This document shows, piece by piece, positions 19,893 to 30,904 of a DNA stretch of 64,000 nt. The position numbers and the translations under genes were made by a program. How positions within the stretch are numbered: position 1 is the first letter of the stretch; every line of letters begins with the position of its first letter. Where the stretch lies: positions 64,001-128,000 of the forward strand of contig DAHVQG010000001.1 of assembly GCA_027317865.1 (NCBI GenBank). The letters run 5' to 3'. The notes under the pieces were generated by a model. The model ran no database searches and was not told the origin of the DNA. It worked only from the letters and a program-made list of their open reading frames with translations. This DNA comes from Bdellovibrionales bacterium. GTDB lineage: Bacteria > Bdellovibrionota > Bdellovibrionia > Bdellovibrionales > UBA1609.

Positions 19893-20705
19893 ATGATTGA
19901 GATCGATAAAGCCCTACAATCCGCTAAAGAAGCTGCAAAAATTGGCCGCCAAGTGATTATGTCTTACTATGGTCGAATACGCCATGTTGAAGAAAAAAAT
20001 CAGGCAGGTCTTGTTTCTGAAGCCGATCGCGAAAGCGAACTTGCCATCACTCAATTTTTAAGACGTGCTCATCCCGAATATTGGGTACTCGGTGAAGAGG
20101 AGAGTTTTGCAAAACAGGGCTTTGGCCCAGTCGAAATTTTACGTCAGTCGGGTGTCTGGCTTGTGGACCCGCTCGACGGCACGACAAACTACGTTCATCG
20201 TTTGCCTTTTTTTTGTGTCAGCATCGGCCTTGTATTTCAAAACGAATTGCAGGTGGGTGTCGTTGACGTGCCGATTTTAGAGAAAGTTTATTGGGCGGCG
20301 AAAGGGCGCGGTGCTTTCGTGAACGACGTGCCGCTAAAAGTAAGTGAACGTGATCGAGTACAAGACGCGCTTCTTGCCACTGGATTTTCTATGTACGACA
20401 AAACAGTATTGAAAAAGCAATTGGGAATTTTTGGCGATTTAGTGAGCCAGGCGCGCGGAGTTCGCCGAGCTGGCTCGGCGGCGATGGATCTTTGCTGGGT
20501 TGCTGAAGGCGTATTCGACGGCTATTGGGAGAGTAATTTAAAACCGTGGGATACGGCGGCTGGAGCGTTGCTTGTGAAAGAGGCCGGCGGAGTTGTCACA
20601 ACATACGACGGAAAACCGTACGATCCGTTTGACGCGACCATCGTGTCGGGCAACCCGCAACTTCAGCCGGTATTGAGAAATCGAATTTATGAATACTGGC
20701 GCTAA
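19893..20705 (+). CDS. suhB: Inositol monophosphatase family protein
   Basis: LGEE, WLVDPLDGTTNY, RRAGSAAMD, KPWDTAAG; start moved to ATG 19893. Confidence 0.92.
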   Translation: MIEIDKALQSAKEAAKIGRQVIMSYYGRIRHVEEKNQAGLVSEADRESELAITQFLRRAHPEYWVLGEEESFAKQGFGPVEILRQSGVWLVDPLDGTTNYVHRLPFFCVSIGLVFQNELQVGVVDVPILEKVYWAAKGRGAFVNDVPLKVSERDRVQDALLATGFSMYDKTVLKKQLGIFGDLVSQARGVRRAGSAAMDLCWVAEGVFDGYWESNLKPWDTAAGALLVKEAGGVVTTYDGKPYDPFDATIVSGNPQLQPVLRNRIYEYWR

Positions 20706-20840
20706 TTATTAGAACTAGCCGGCAGTCCTGTCAAAAATCAGCGACATTAAGCTCGCGCAACGACAAATTTCTTTTAGGCAATAATTGCCTATTTTCAAAA
20801 AACCGTAATGGTTTTGCGCTCGACCTCAAACAAAGTCCTG

Positions 20841-20857
20841 TTGGCATTTGAGTTGCT
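20841..20857 (+). promoter_or_regulatory. Putative sigma54 promoter of the flagellar operon
   Basis: TTGGCATTTGAGTTGCT. Confidence 0.75.
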
Positions 20858-20926
20858 CCTGAAATGGTCAGGGGAGTGTGTGAGTTGTTTAACCGACTCC
20901 ACGGCTACTCAAAAAGGGGGCGAATC

Positions 20927-21457
20927 GTGGCAGAACAAAAAGCACCGGAACCGGCACCAGCGGCGGCACCAGCACCATCCGGTGGAAAGCCAACCTTATT
21001 TATCATTTTGGCCGTTGTGAACATGTTAGTTGTGGCCGCCGTCGGAGCAATGATTTTTCTCAACCGAAAACGGCAAGCCTCGCAAACTACAATTCAGCAG
21101 GTAATAAACGCTGAAGCCACGCAAGAAAAGAAAGAACAAGAAAATCCCGAATTCATCGGTAAACTTGTTCCCCTTGATACATTCCTCGTTAATCTCGCCG
21201 GTAGTCGAGGACAAAAGCTTGTAAAAGTTGATATGGAGCTTGAAGTCAGCAATACCGCCGTTGAAAAAGAAATCAACACGATCATGCCGAAAATTCGCGA
21301 CATTATAATCATAATTCTGTCTTCTAAAACGTATGCGCAAATTGCCACAGCTCAAGGCAAAGACGAACTGCGCAACGAAATTCGCGATAAAGTGAATTTG
21401 TTTTTAACAAAGGGCCGAATCAAACGCGTATATTTTACGGAATTTATTTATAACTAA
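20927..21457 (+). CDS. fliL: Flagellar basal body protein FliL
   Basis: TM, FLVNLAG, IRDIIIIILSSK, VYFTEF; GTG start with AGGGGG RBS. Confidence 0.93.
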   Translation: MAEQKAPEPAPAAAPAPSGGKPTLFIILAVVNMLVVAAVGAMIFLNRKRQASQTTIQQVINAEATQEKKEQENPEFIGKLVPLDTFLVNLAGSRGQKLVKVDMELEVSNTAVEKEINTIMPKIRDIIIIILSSKTYAQIATAQGKDELRNEIRDKVNLFLTKGRIKRVYFTEFIYN

Positions 21458-21477
21458 AAGAAGGGTTAAGAGACGGT

Positions 21478-22488
21478 ATGAGCCAAGTTCTGTCACAAAG
21501 TGAAGTCGACGCGCTCCTCGCCGCAGTATCAGAGGGTGAAATCGCCGGGCAAGACGCAAACGGTGACGCCGGTGGAGCAGGCGCGGTTGAAAAAAAAGAC
21601 GATCGCATCGTCGTTTCGTATGATTTAACGAGCCAAGATCGGATTATTCGCGGTCGGTTGCCGCAACTTGAAGTTATATACGAAAAGTTTATGCGGTCGT
21701 TCCGCGTCTCGCTCTCGTCAGCTTTAAGAAAAATTGCGACGCTCAACCACGCGAGCACCGATTTTTTGAAATTCGGCGAGTTCATCAACACTCAACCGAT
21801 GCCGACCTGCATGAGCGTGTTGCGTTTCAATGCCCTACGCGGTTCGGTTTTGTTCGTTGTTGAATCAAAACTTGCGTACGCTCTTGTTGACAATTTTTTC
21901 GGCGGTGCCGACCGACCTTACACAAAAACTGAAGGCAAAGACTTTACTGCCATCGAGCTACAAATTATTCGAAAAGTCGTGGATTTGGCTATTGGCGATC
22001 TCGAAGAAGCATGGGCATCAGTCGAAAAAATCGATTGCTCGTTTTTGCGTACCGAAATTAACCCGCAGTTTGTCGGGATTGTTCCCCCGACAGATATAGT
22101 TATCGCTTCGACTTTCGACGTCGAACTTGAAAACGCGAACGGGATTATCACGCTCGTCATCCCCTATTCGACTATTGAGCCGATCAAACAGAAATTGCAG
22201 TCGGGATTTCAAGTTGAATCTGATCAAACAGATAAAAAACTTTGGTCATCCACCTTTATCGAGCAACTTTTAGGAACTGAAGTCGAGGTAAAAGTCGATC
22301 TCGGCGAGACCGAAGTGTCACTCGGGGATCTTTTGGAACTTAAAGCAGGCGATGTGGTTTCGCTCAATCAAGACGCCACGGGCGAGTTCGATGTACAAAT
22401 TGAAGGAGTTCGAAAGTTTAAATCATACTATGGCATTCATCACGGTTCGGTCGCGGTTCAAATCACGCGGCCGGTTGAAAAGGGATGA
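21478..22488 (+). CDS. fliM: Flagellar motor switch protein FliM
   Basis: LSQSEVDALL, EINPQF. Confidence 0.97.
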   Translation: MSQVLSQSEVDALLAAVSEGEIAGQDANGDAGGAGAVEKKDDRIVVSYDLTSQDRIIRGRLPQLEVIYEKFMRSFRVSLSSALRKIATLNHASTDFLKFGEFINTQPMPTCMSVLRFNALRGSVLFVVESKLAYALVDNFFGGADRPYTKTEGKDFTAIELQIIRKVVDLAIGDLEEAWASVEKIDCSFLRTEINPQFVGIVPPTDIVIASTFDVELENANGIITLVIPYSTIEPIKQKLQSGFQVESDQTDKKLWSSTFIEQLLGTEVEVKVDLGETEVSLGDLLELKAGDVVSLNQDATGEFDVQIEGVRKFKSYYGIHHGSVAVQITRPVEKG

Positions 22489-22514
22489 ATTCACGGGAGT
22501 GAAGGGGAAAAATT

Positions 22515-22883
22515 ATGGCAGATGATCAAACCGCAAAAAAACTGGAAGAACCCGCTGAGACGGAAGCGGGGCCTGAAAGCCAACCGATCGAACAGGCGGT
22601 ATCAAACGGCGAGGCAAAGCCCGAGCGAAATCTCGATCTCATTCTTGATATTCCGCTTAAGGTGACGGTCGAGCTCGGGCGAACCAAAATGGTTGTGAAT
22701 GAACTTCTCAATCTCGGGCAAGGCAGCGTCATTGAATTGCAAAAGCTCGCCGGTGAGCCGCTTGAAGTTTTAGTCAACAACAAACTGGTCGCCCGGGGCG
22801 AAGCCGTCGTTGTAAACGAAAAATTCGGCGTTCGATTGACCGACATCATCTCGCAAACAGAGCGAGTGGAGCAATTGGGATGA
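22515..22883 (+). CDS. fliN: Flagellar motor switch protein FliN
   Basis: LDIPLKVTVELGR...GEAVVVNEKFGVR. Confidence 0.97.
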   Translation: MADDQTAKKLEEPAETEAGPESQPIEQAVSNGEAKPERNLDLILDIPLKVTVELGRTKMVVNELLNLGQGSVIELQKLAGEPLEVLVNNKLVARGEAVVVNEKFGVRLTDIISQTERVEQLG

Positions 22884-23509
22884 AATTTCGATGGGGTTTT
22901 GTCGTTTGCGCAATTGTGTTGGGGGTGATTTTAACATTCGCCTTTTCGCCGATTTCGTTGGCCGATACTTCGACAGTTAAATCGACGCCGTTGACAGCAA
23001 CCCCCGTAAAAGTGAAAAAAAATTTACCCGAATCGCAAATTCCAGTTTTCTTATCTAAATCGAATCCGCTGCAAACATCGATTAATCCGTGGGGGCGGTT
23101 ACTTCTTAGTTTTTTGATCATCGGCATTGTCGGCGGTGGAATGATGTTTTTTGCTCGATGGTATTCGGGCAAACACCGTAAAAACGGCGACCCGAATAAA
23201 ATCAGGGTCCTCACGCAACATCATTTGGGCCCCAAAAAAACTTTGGCGATTGTGCGCGTGGCCGGAGAATCCATTTTGATCGGTATAACCGACCACAATA
23301 TATCAATGTTAAAATCGCTGTCGCTTCTTGACGACGAAATACCTAATAATGAAGCGGCAAATAATTTTCAACAGACGCTTGATCACGCGGATGAAAGGCA
23401 AACAGCGGCGACTTTCGACACCCTAAAGGCGCCTGTCGACGATGAACTTCAGCTTTCGCGAATCAAAGATCGTATTTCGACAAAACTTAAAAACTTGAGG
23501 CCGCTGTGA
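22880..23509 (+). CDS. fliO: Flagellar biosynthesis protein FliO
   Basis: [22 protein letters not shown]; lies between fliN and fliP. Confidence 0.9.
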   Translation: MKFRWGFVVCAIVLGVILTFAFSPISLADTSTVKSTPLTATPVKVKKNLPESQIPVFLSKSNPLQTSINPWGRLLLSFLIIGIVGGGMMFFARWYSGKHRKNGDPNKIRVLTQHHLGPKKTLAIVRVAGESILIGITDHNISMLKSLSLLDDEIPNNEAANNFQQTLDHADERQTAATFDTLKAPVDDELQLSRIKDRISTKLKNLRPL

Positions 23510-24252
23510 AGCGAATCGGTGCGTACTTTATTTTTATTTTCGTGCTCACCTGGTCGCATCATGCCTTTGCTCAATTAACGCTGCCGACTTTCAGTTTAGG
23601 GTACAAAAGCATCCACCAGCCGCAAGATTTTGTGAACAGTATTAAAATTTTATTGGGCCTCACTGTTCTCGCATTGGCGCCGGCCATTCTGATCATGATG
23701 ACGGCATTCACACGTGTCGTCATTGTACTTTCGTTTGTACGGCAGGCGCTCGGTACACAAAATATGCCGCCGAATCAAGTCATTGTGGGGCTTGCGCTTT
23801 TCATCACCTTTTTCATCATGTCGCCCTTCTTACAAAATATAAATACAAGCGCCGTGCAACCCTATTTGAACAAACAGATTACTCAAGAGGTCGCACTTGA
23901 TCGCGCTTTAGTTCCGATTAGACGATTTATGTTTAATGAGACGCGCGATTCCGATCTGGCGCTGTTCGTGCATTTATCCAAAATGCCTCAGCCCAAAACA
24001 AGGGCGGACGTGCCGACGACGGTACTTATACCCGCTTTTATTACCTCCGAACTGAAGACGGCGTTTGAAATCGGATTCATTATTTACCTGCCGTTTCTCA
24101 TTATCGACATGATTGTGGCGAGTGTTCTCATGGCTATGGGGATGATGATGTTGCCGCCGGTGATTATTTCGCTTCCGTTTAAAATCATGCTTTTTGTTTT
24201 GGTTAATGGTTGGGCGTTGATTATCGGTTCTCTGGTGAAAAGTTTTGGATAA
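23506..24252 (+). CDS. fliP: Flagellar export protein FliP
   Basis: [25 protein letters not shown]. Confidence 0.97.
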   Translation: MKRIGAYFIFIFVLTWSHHAFAQLTLPTFSLGYKSIHQPQDFVNSIKILLGLTVLALAPAILIMMTAFTRVVIVLSFVRQALGTQNMPPNQVIVGLALFITFFIMSPFLQNINTSAVQPYLNKQITQEVALDRALVPIRRFMFNETRDSDLALFVHLSKMPQPKTRADVPTTVLIPAFITSELKTAFEIGFIIYLPFLIIDMIVASVLMAMGMMMLPPVIISLPFKIMLFVLVNGWALIIGSLVKSFG

Positions 24253-24278
24253 TGGACGTTTGAAAGGAGCTTTTCAGC

Positions 24279-24551
24279 GTGACTCAAGAACTTGTTTTAA
24301 ACCTTGGGCAAGATGCGATTCGGACAACGGCGTTGATTTCGGCTCCCATGCTGATTGCCTCGCTGGTTATCGGCTTGATCATCAGCGTTTTACAAGCGGT
24401 TACGCAAATTAACGAATCGACGCTGACGTTTGTACCAAAAATGGTTGTGATTTTTTTAGTTCTTGTAGTGGCCGGTCCCTGGATGTTGGCTGTGATGTCG
24501 CACTACACGACCGTGCTTTATCACAACATTGCATTTTTCGTGAGGGGTTAA
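24279..24551 (+). CDS. fliQ: Flagellar export protein FliQ
   Basis: QAVTQINESTLTFVPK. Confidence 0.97.
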   Translation: MTQELVLNLGQDAIRTTALISAPMLIASLVIGLIISVLQAVTQINESTLTFVPKMVVIFLVLVVAGPWMLAVMSHYTTVLYHNIAFFVRG

Positions 24552-25331
24552 GTGCCGAACATATATACGTTTAGTATGACTGAAATTTTAGCTTTTGCGC
24601 TTGTTCTTTTGCGCATGGCGGGTTTTGTTTTCGCGATGCCGATTTTTGGCAGCAACATGGTCCCAGCCCCGGTGAAGATTTTGTTCGCTTTGGCATTAAC
24701 GTTTGTGCTGTTTCCACAAATCGGATGGAGAAAACTCAGTTTTGATGTCGATTCAGTTATGATTATTACGCTTGCGGTAAAAGAGCTTTTTGTAGGGCTT
24801 GTCCTCGGGTTTTTGGCACGTATCTTTTTCTTTGCCGTCTCCATGGCGGGTGAAATTATGAGCGTGTCGCTTGGGTTGTCAGAAGCTCAATTGTTTGACA
24901 CAACAATGGGCGGAAGCATGAGTTCTTTTGATCAGTTTTTCGTGATTCTTGCGTCGATTTTTTTCTTGGCGATTAACGGACATGAGCTTTTGATTGCCGG
25001 AATATTTCAATCGTATTCAATTGTGCCGTTAAGCAAAGTCGGCCTCGCACTGACGCCGTTTGGCAGTTTTGGCATCATTATCGAAACCGTGATGTTAATC
25101 GCGGTCAAAATGAGTGCGCCGATTTTGGTGTCGATTTTGTTTTTAAATCTCGCCGTTGCCGTTGTGGGCCGTGCGGTTCCCCAAATCAATATTCTAATTA
25201 CAAGCTTACCGTTGAACATTTTGGCTGGGTTTATTGTTTTGTTTGTGACATTGCCGTTACTTTTGTGGGAGATGCACGGACTTTCGAACCTAACGGCAAT
25301 TGAACTTATTCGCTTTGTGAAGGCGCTTTAA
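24552..25331 (+). CDS. fliR: Flagellar export protein FliR
   Basis: Polytopic membrane protein, GRAVPQINI; operon position. Confidence 0.95.
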   Translation: MPNIYTFSMTEILAFALVLLRMAGFVFAMPIFGSNMVPAPVKILFALALTFVLFPQIGWRKLSFDVDSVMIITLAVKELFVGLVLGFLARIFFFAVSMAGEIMSVSLGLSEAQLFDTTMGGSMSSFDQFFVILASIFFLAINGHELLIAGIFQSYSIVPLSKVGLALTPFGSFGIIIETVMLIAVKMSAPILVSILFLNLAVAVVGRAVPQINILITSLPLNILAGFIVLFVTLPLLLWEMHGLSNLTAIELIRFVKAL

Positions 25332-26398
25332 TGGCTGATTCAGACGATTCTGAAAAGACAGAAGAACCTACGCCGCAGCGGCGCGAAGATTTTAGAAATC
25401 GCGGCCAAGTTGCGCAAACACGCGAACTGGGTTCCGTTTTCGTGCTTTTGTTTTCAACGATCGCATTCTGGCTTCTTGGACGCTATTTTTTGCTGCAAAT
25501 GTATGAAATATACAGACATTCATTTACAGACTTTCTTGTTCAAACCAGCCGTACCGGCGATTGGTACATGGCCGTGCGCTTTGCGGCGATTCACGCCGCG
25601 CTTATAGTAGCGCCACTCACGGGTCTTCTTTGGATCATCAACATCATGGCTTCGGTTATTCAAGTGGGTTTAATCAATAGCGAAGAGGCAATGAAATTTG
25701 ATTTGAACCGGATCGACCCCGTGCAGGGGTTCAAGCGCATTTTCACATTGCGATCACTCGTCGAGGGCGGCAAAGCGATCATTAAAGTTACACTGGTAAG
25801 CGGCATTGTTTACATAATTTTAAAAAACGAGATTAAAACCCTCCCGCGGCTGTCGCTTTTCGGCACATCGCAGTTGCTTGTTTATTGCGGCGAACTGACG
25901 CTGAAACTTTGCGGATGGGTCGGAGTTTTAATGGCGGTACTTGCCGGCCTTGATTACCTATTTCAGCGCTGGGAATTAGAACGTGAAATGCGCATGACCA
26001 AGCAAGAGGTCAAAGAAGAACTCAAATCCCGTGAAGGAGACCCGCTGGTACGCGCACGTGTTCGCAAGCTTCAACGTGAGATCGCTAACCGCCGGATGAT
26101 GGACGCAGTTAAAAAAGCTGATGTCGTTATCACAAACCCGACGCACTTGGCGTGCGCACTTCAGTATTCGAAAGAAATGATCGCGCCCAGGTTAGTTGCT
26201 AAAGGTGCCGATTTTATGGCGGAAAAAATCAAGGCCATTGCAAAAGAAAACAACGTTCCTATTGTAGAAAACAAGCCGCTTGCGCGAACGATCTTTAAAA
26301 CTTTGAAAATCGGTCAGGTTATACCACGGGAGCTTTACGCGGCCGTCGCTGAAGTCCTGTCGTATATTTACCGGCTTAAACGGCAGAGGTTTAGCTAA
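25331..26398 (+). CDS. flhB: Flagellar export protein FlhB
   Basis: EKTEEPT, EGDP, NPTH autocleavage motif. Confidence 0.97.
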   Translation: MADSDDSEKTEEPTPQRREDFRNRGQVAQTRELGSVFVLLFSTIAFWLLGRYFLLQMYEIYRHSFTDFLVQTSRTGDWYMAVRFAAIHAALIVAPLTGLLWIINIMASVIQVGLINSEEAMKFDLNRIDPVQGFKRIFTLRSLVEGGKAIIKVTLVSGIVYIILKNEIKTLPRLSLFGTSQLLVYCGELTLKLCGWVGVLMAVLAGLDYLFQRWELEREMRMTKQEVKEELKSREGDPLVRARVRKLQREIANRRMMDAVKKADVVITNPTHLACALQYSKEMIAPRLVAKGADFMAEKIKAIAKENNVPIVENKPLARTIFKTLKIGQVIPRELYAAVAEVLSYIYRLKRQRFS

Positions 26399-28512
26399 TG
26401 TCTGATGCCCTCTATCTGTTTTTGCGAAAATTCGAACGGATAACCAAAAATACCGATCTGTTCATGGCCGTCGGTCTTGTCGCCATTATGGGCGTCATGC
26501 TAATCCCGATACCGCCGTTTGTGCTCGACATTCTTTTGACAATGTCAATAACCCTTTCAATGCTTATTTTGCTCGTCGCCCTGTATACGCAAAAACCATT
26601 GGATTTTAGCGTGTTCCCGAGTTTACTTTTGGTTGCCACCCTTTTTCGTTTATCATTGAATATCGCTTCGACACGTCTGATTTTGACCGTGGGCAATAAC
26701 GGCCCGCAGGCTGTTGGGCGAGTGATTTCGTCGTTTGGCCAGTTTGTCGTCGGGGATAACTATGTAATCGGATTTGTCGTATTTATAATTCTTGTTGTAA
26801 TTAACTTTGTCGTCATCACCAAAGGTTCGGGACGCGTTGCCGAGGTTGCGGCGCGGTTTACGTTAGATGCCATGCCCGGCAAACAAATGTCGATTGACGC
26901 CGACTTAAACGCGGGCCTCATCAATGAAAAAGAAGCGCGCGCCAGACGCCGCGAAATTGAAATGGAAGCCGACTTTTACGGCTCCATGGATGGTGCCAGC
27001 AAATTTGTTCGTGGCGACGCCATCGCCGGTATTATCATCACTATAATTAATATCATCGGCGGCTTGTGCATCGGCATGTTTCAAAAAGATTTGTCACTGT
27101 CGACGGCTGCCCATTATTACACCACCATGACGATCGGGGATGGTCTTGTGTCGCAGATTCCGGCGCTGATTGTTTCAACGGCTGCCGGTATAGTCGTCAC
27201 GCGAAATTCCAGCGAAAACGACATGAGCCAGGATCTCGCCCGTCAATTGTTTACTCGTTGGAAGGCCGTCGCCATCGCCGCAGGCGTACTTGTCGTTTTG
27301 GGTCTTGTACCGGGTCTACCGACGTTGCCGTTTTTCTTTATAGCGGCGGTTCTTGGAGTGGTGGCATGGGTGGTTCACCGTTATGAGCAAGATGAAGAAG
27401 CAAACAAGAAAAAGGCCGCTGATGCCGAATCGGCCAAGCCGAAAAAAGAAAACATCGAAAGTCTTTTGCCTCTTGATTTGATTGAGCTTGAAGTGGGTTA
27501 CGCTTTGATCAACGTTGTGGAATCTAACCAATCCGGCGATCTTCTCGAGCGGATTGTGAGTATACGAAAACAATTTGCACTTGAGTTCGGAATCGTTGTG
27601 CCGAGCATTCATATACGCGACAATTTGCAGCTCAATCCGGGCGAATATCGCCTACTAATTAAAGGCAATAAAGTCGCGGGCGGCATGCTTCGCGCCGATT
27701 GTCTTCTGGCCATGGACCCTGGCAGTGTGACGTCACATATCGACGGCATTCCAACCAAAGAACCGGCGTTTGGTCTCGACGCCATTTGGATTGGTAAAGC
27801 GATGAAAGAAGAAGCGGAACTTGCCGGTTACACCGTGGTTGACTTGCCGACGGTGATGGCGACGCACATTACAGAAGTTATTCGGACCCACGCCGCTGAG
27901 TTGTTCGGCCGTCAAGAGGCTGATGCTTTAGTTGAAAATTTGAAAAAGCAATATCCGAAAATTGTTGAAGATCTCATCCCCAATATTTTGCCTTTGGGGA
28001 CGGTCGTGCGTGTGCTGCAAAGTTTGCTTCGTGAGCAAGTTTCGATACGCGATTTACGAACCATATTTGAAACTCTGTCGGATGAAGGAGCAAAATCGAA
28101 AGACCCCGAAATTTTGACCGAGCAAGTACGTAGGTCATTGGCGCGGGCGATTACTAGAAAGTACATTTCAGATGACGGCCAAATTCAGGTGATCACCTTG
28201 GGTCGGCATCTTGAAGAGCTGGTTGCCAATTCGCTTTTGCAAACGGAACAGGGTGTGCAGCTTGTTATGGATCCCCATAGTGCGCAGGAAATGATTGAGC
28301 GTATTGCGCAAACAATCGAGTCACATCCTGAAATTGCCGGTCAACCGATCTTACTTACGAGCCCGACGGCGAGACGGCATATTTACAAGCTGACGTCCCG
28401 ATTTATACCCCAGTTGATTGTGCTTGCGCATACGGAATTGACACCCGACGTACACATATCTTCGGTCGGTCAAGTGGATTTGCGGCAAGGTCAAGCTGAG
28501 GTGAGCGCTTAA
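26398..28512 (+). CDS. flhA: Flagellar export protein FlhA
   Basis: RVAEVAARFTLDAMPGKQMSIDAD, MDGASKFVRGDAIAG. Confidence 0.98.
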   Translation: MSDALYLFLRKFERITKNTDLFMAVGLVAIMGVMLIPIPPFVLDILLTMSITLSMLILLVALYTQKPLDFSVFPSLLLVATLFRLSLNIASTRLILTVGNNGPQAVGRVISSFGQFVVGDNYVIGFVVFIILVVINFVVITKGSGRVAEVAARFTLDAMPGKQMSIDADLNAGLINEKEARARRREIEMEADFYGSMDGASKFVRGDAIAGIIITIINIIGGLCIGMFQKDLSLSTAAHYYTTMTIGDGLVSQIPALIVSTAAGIVVTRNSSENDMSQDLARQLFTRWKAVAIAAGVLVVLGLVPGLPTLPFFFIAAVLGVVAWVVHRYEQDEEANKKKAADAESAKPKKENIESLLPLDLIELEVGYALINVVESNQSGDLLERIVSIRKQFALEFGIVVPSIHIRDNLQLNPGEYRLLIKGNKVAGGMLRADCLLAMDPGSVTSHIDGIPTKEPAFGLDAIWIGKAMKEEAELAGYTVVDLPTVMATHITEVIRTHAAELFGRQEADALVENLKKQYPKIVEDLIPNILPLGTVVRVLQSLLREQVSIRDLRTIFETLSDEGAKSKDPEILTEQVRRSLARAITRKYISDDGQIQVITLGRHLEELVANSLLQTEQGVQLVMDPHSAQEMIERIAQTIESHPEIAGQPILLTSPTARRHIYKLTSRFIPQLIVLAHTELTPDVHISSVGQVDLRQGQAEVSA

Positions 28513-28530
28513 AAGTGCGAGGTAAAGACG

Positions 28531-30006
28531 ATGGTAGTTAAAAAATTTGAAGCGAAGTCAATCAAAGAGGCGATTCATCTTGTGAAGTTTCACATGGGGC
28601 CCGAGGCAATAATTTTATCGGCAAAAGAAAATGTAAAACGGTTCGGTCTTATGGGCGAAACAAGCGTTGAGGTGACCGCGGCTGTTTCAGAAAATAAATT
28701 GCAAAGCAAAAAGCAAGCCGAGCGAAAACTCGGAGCCCGTGATCGTGAGCGATTTAACAAAGCAAGCGCTCACAAGCAGCGGGAGTTTATCAAAAAATCA
28801 ACCGAAGCTATGATCGACGAGGTGTTCAGCCGCAATTCTGAAAGCGAATCGGAGTGGGTGGACGAAAACGCTGTTGACGATGAAATCAAAGCTCAGTCCG
28901 AGCCGGAACCGGAAGTCATTCGGCAACCGCAAATACCACGCCAAAATGGAATTACGTCTGTTCGTTATGCCGATATCGATACTCCGGCCGGTGCCGTCTT
29001 AGCGCCAACAATTTCTGCTGCGCAACCCCCCGTTGTCGCGCCGTCGACTGTCATAGCGGCGCCATCGACTCTGCCAGATGCCAAAGCGCTATCGCTTCAA
29101 CAAGAGGTTCAATATTTGCGCGGTCTAGTGTCCAATTTTCAAAAAATGCCTGCAGGTTTTGTTTCGCTTCATCCAGGCGCTGACGAGGGGTTGCCCTACG
29201 AACTCAGTTTTGCATTTAAACGCCTGGCCGACGCCGGCATCGCGCACGACAATATTGTTAAGATACTCAAAGTTGCCAACGAAAAACTCCCAAAGGAGCA
29301 AAAGCAGAAAAAAGCTTTCGTAGACGGGTGGGTCATTCGCTATTTACTTGATGAACTGCAAATTGCCGACAAACCCATGCGCGCTAAATTTCACGCATTT
29401 TTGGGCCCGACTGGTCAGGGTAAAACTTCAACTGTAATAAAGCTCGCGTGTCACTTGATTATGAATGAAAAGAAACGAGTCGCGCTTGTCACCGGCGACG
29501 TCGTGAAAGTGGGCGCAACCGATCAATTTAAAATTTACGCGCAAATTCTCAATGCTCCTTATGCGGTGGTGACTAAAACTAGTGATTGGAACACGCTCGC
29601 TCCACAATTGGCCGCAATTGATTATGTATTGTTTGATACGCCCGGGCTCAACTTAAAAGCGGGTAACGATCTCGAAGTGTTGAGGCAGATTTTACCGCCT
29701 GGACTTACGAAAAATCCTGAGGATTTTCAAACTCATTTTGTTCAATCGATCATGGCGCGTGACACGGATGCATTCGAGATCGCCGAACGATTTAAGTTTG
29801 TCGGATTTCAAGATGTAATTTTCACGCGTCTTGATGAGGCCGTGCAGTTCGGTCTGATCTACAATTTTCAAAAGAAATTCGGATCACCGCTTCATTCATT
29901 TGGTATCGGCAACAATGTACCCGAAGATTTTGAATTCGCATCGAAAGAACGGGTTATCGATTTGTTATTTAAATTAAGTCAATTTGCAGAGAGGGGTCAG
30001 TCATGA
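28531..30006 (+). CDS. flhF: Flagellar SRP-family GTPase FlhF
   Basis: GPTGQGKT, DTPG, TRLDE, GNNVPED. Confidence 0.94.
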   Translation: MVVKKFEAKSIKEAIHLVKFHMGPEAIILSAKENVKRFGLMGETSVEVTAAVSENKLQSKKQAERKLGARDRERFNKASAHKQREFIKKSTEAMIDEVFSRNSESESEWVDENAVDDEIKAQSEPEPEVIRQPQIPRQNGITSVRYADIDTPAGAVLAPTISAAQPPVVAPSTVIAAPSTLPDAKALSLQQEVQYLRGLVSNFQKMPAGFVSLHPGADEGLPYELSFAFKRLADAGIAHDNIVKILKVANEKLPKEQKQKKAFVDGWVIRYLLDELQIADKPMRAKFHAFLGPTGQGKTSTVIKLACHLIMNEKKRVALVTGDVVKVGATDQFKIYAQILNAPYAVVTKTSDWNTLAPQLAAIDYVLFDTPGLNLKAGNDLEVLRQILPPGLTKNPEDFQTHFVQSIMARDTDAFEIAERFKFVGFQDVIFTRLDEAVQFGLIYNFQKKFGSPLHSFGIGNNVPEDFEFASKERVIDLLFKLSQFAERGQS

Positions 30007-30839
30007 GTGCAACGGCGGCAAACGAACCGGTCCGGACAAAAACAAAAACCATCAGCGTAACGTCCGGTAAAGGCGGCGTGGGTAAAACAACTTTAATTTC
30101 AAATTTGGCGCTGCTATTGGCAAGACAGGGCTACCGGGTGTTGGTTTTGGATGGCGATCTTGGGATGGCAAACGTCGACGTAATGTTCGGTATTCGCGTC
30201 ACTCGAACGCTCGAATCGGTTCTCAATGGTGAATGCCCTTTGCGCGACGTTATTGTCGAGGCGATTCCCAACGTTTCGCTCATCCCGGGCGGCAGTGGTG
30301 TTTACGGATTACAAAATTTGTCGGTGTTTCAGAAAAAATTGCTCCTCGATCAGGTGAATGAATTGAATGATCGATACGATTATATGTTGATCGATACGGC
30401 ACCAGGCATCGACGATAACGTTTTATATCTGAACTCGGCCGCGCAAGAGACGCTCGTTGTAGTGACCGGTGACCCGTCGAGTCTCACCGACGCTTACGCA
30501 CTGATCAAGGTGCTGAACAAAAGGCTGAACGAGCAAAAGTTTTCAATCGTTGCCAATATGGTGCAGGACGAAAGTGAAGCGCTCTCGATTTACCGACGAC
30601 TGAGCGATGTGGCCAATCGGTTTTTGTGTGTCAGTCTTGACTATAAGGGGTTTATACCAAGCGATGCGAATCTAAGAGTCGCGACAAAAACGCAACAGTT
30701 GGTGGTTCGGGCCGCGCCTCGCTCTCCGTCCAGTTACGCGATTCAAATGTTATGTGAAAACTTGAGTCATTCTAAAAGTCTATCGGCTGTTAAGGGTGGT
30801 ATGCAGTTTTTTTGGGAGCAGATCATTGGTGTAGCCTGA
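30003..30839 (+). CDS. flhG: MinD-like flagellar number regulator FlhG/FleN
   Basis: SGKGGVGKT, DLGMANVD, TDAYALIK. Confidence 0.94.
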   Translation: MSATAANEPVRTKTKTISVTSGKGGVGKTTLISNLALLLARQGYRVLVLDGDLGMANVDVMFGIRVTRTLESVLNGECPLRDVIVEAIPNVSLIPGGSGVYGLQNLSVFQKKLLLDQVNELNDRYDYMLIDTAPGIDDNVLYLNSAAQETLVVVTGDPSSLTDAYALIKVLNKRLNEQKFSIVANMVQDESEALSIYRRLSDVANRFLCVSLDYKGFIPSDANLRVATKTQQLVVRAAPRSPSSYAIQMLCENLSHSKSLSAVKGGMQFFWEQIIGVA

Positions 30840-30904
30840 CAAGAATAGGACTTTTGGCGTCGACCACGGTTTGTTAGAATTTATCGTAAGGGGAAAAATC
30901 GGCA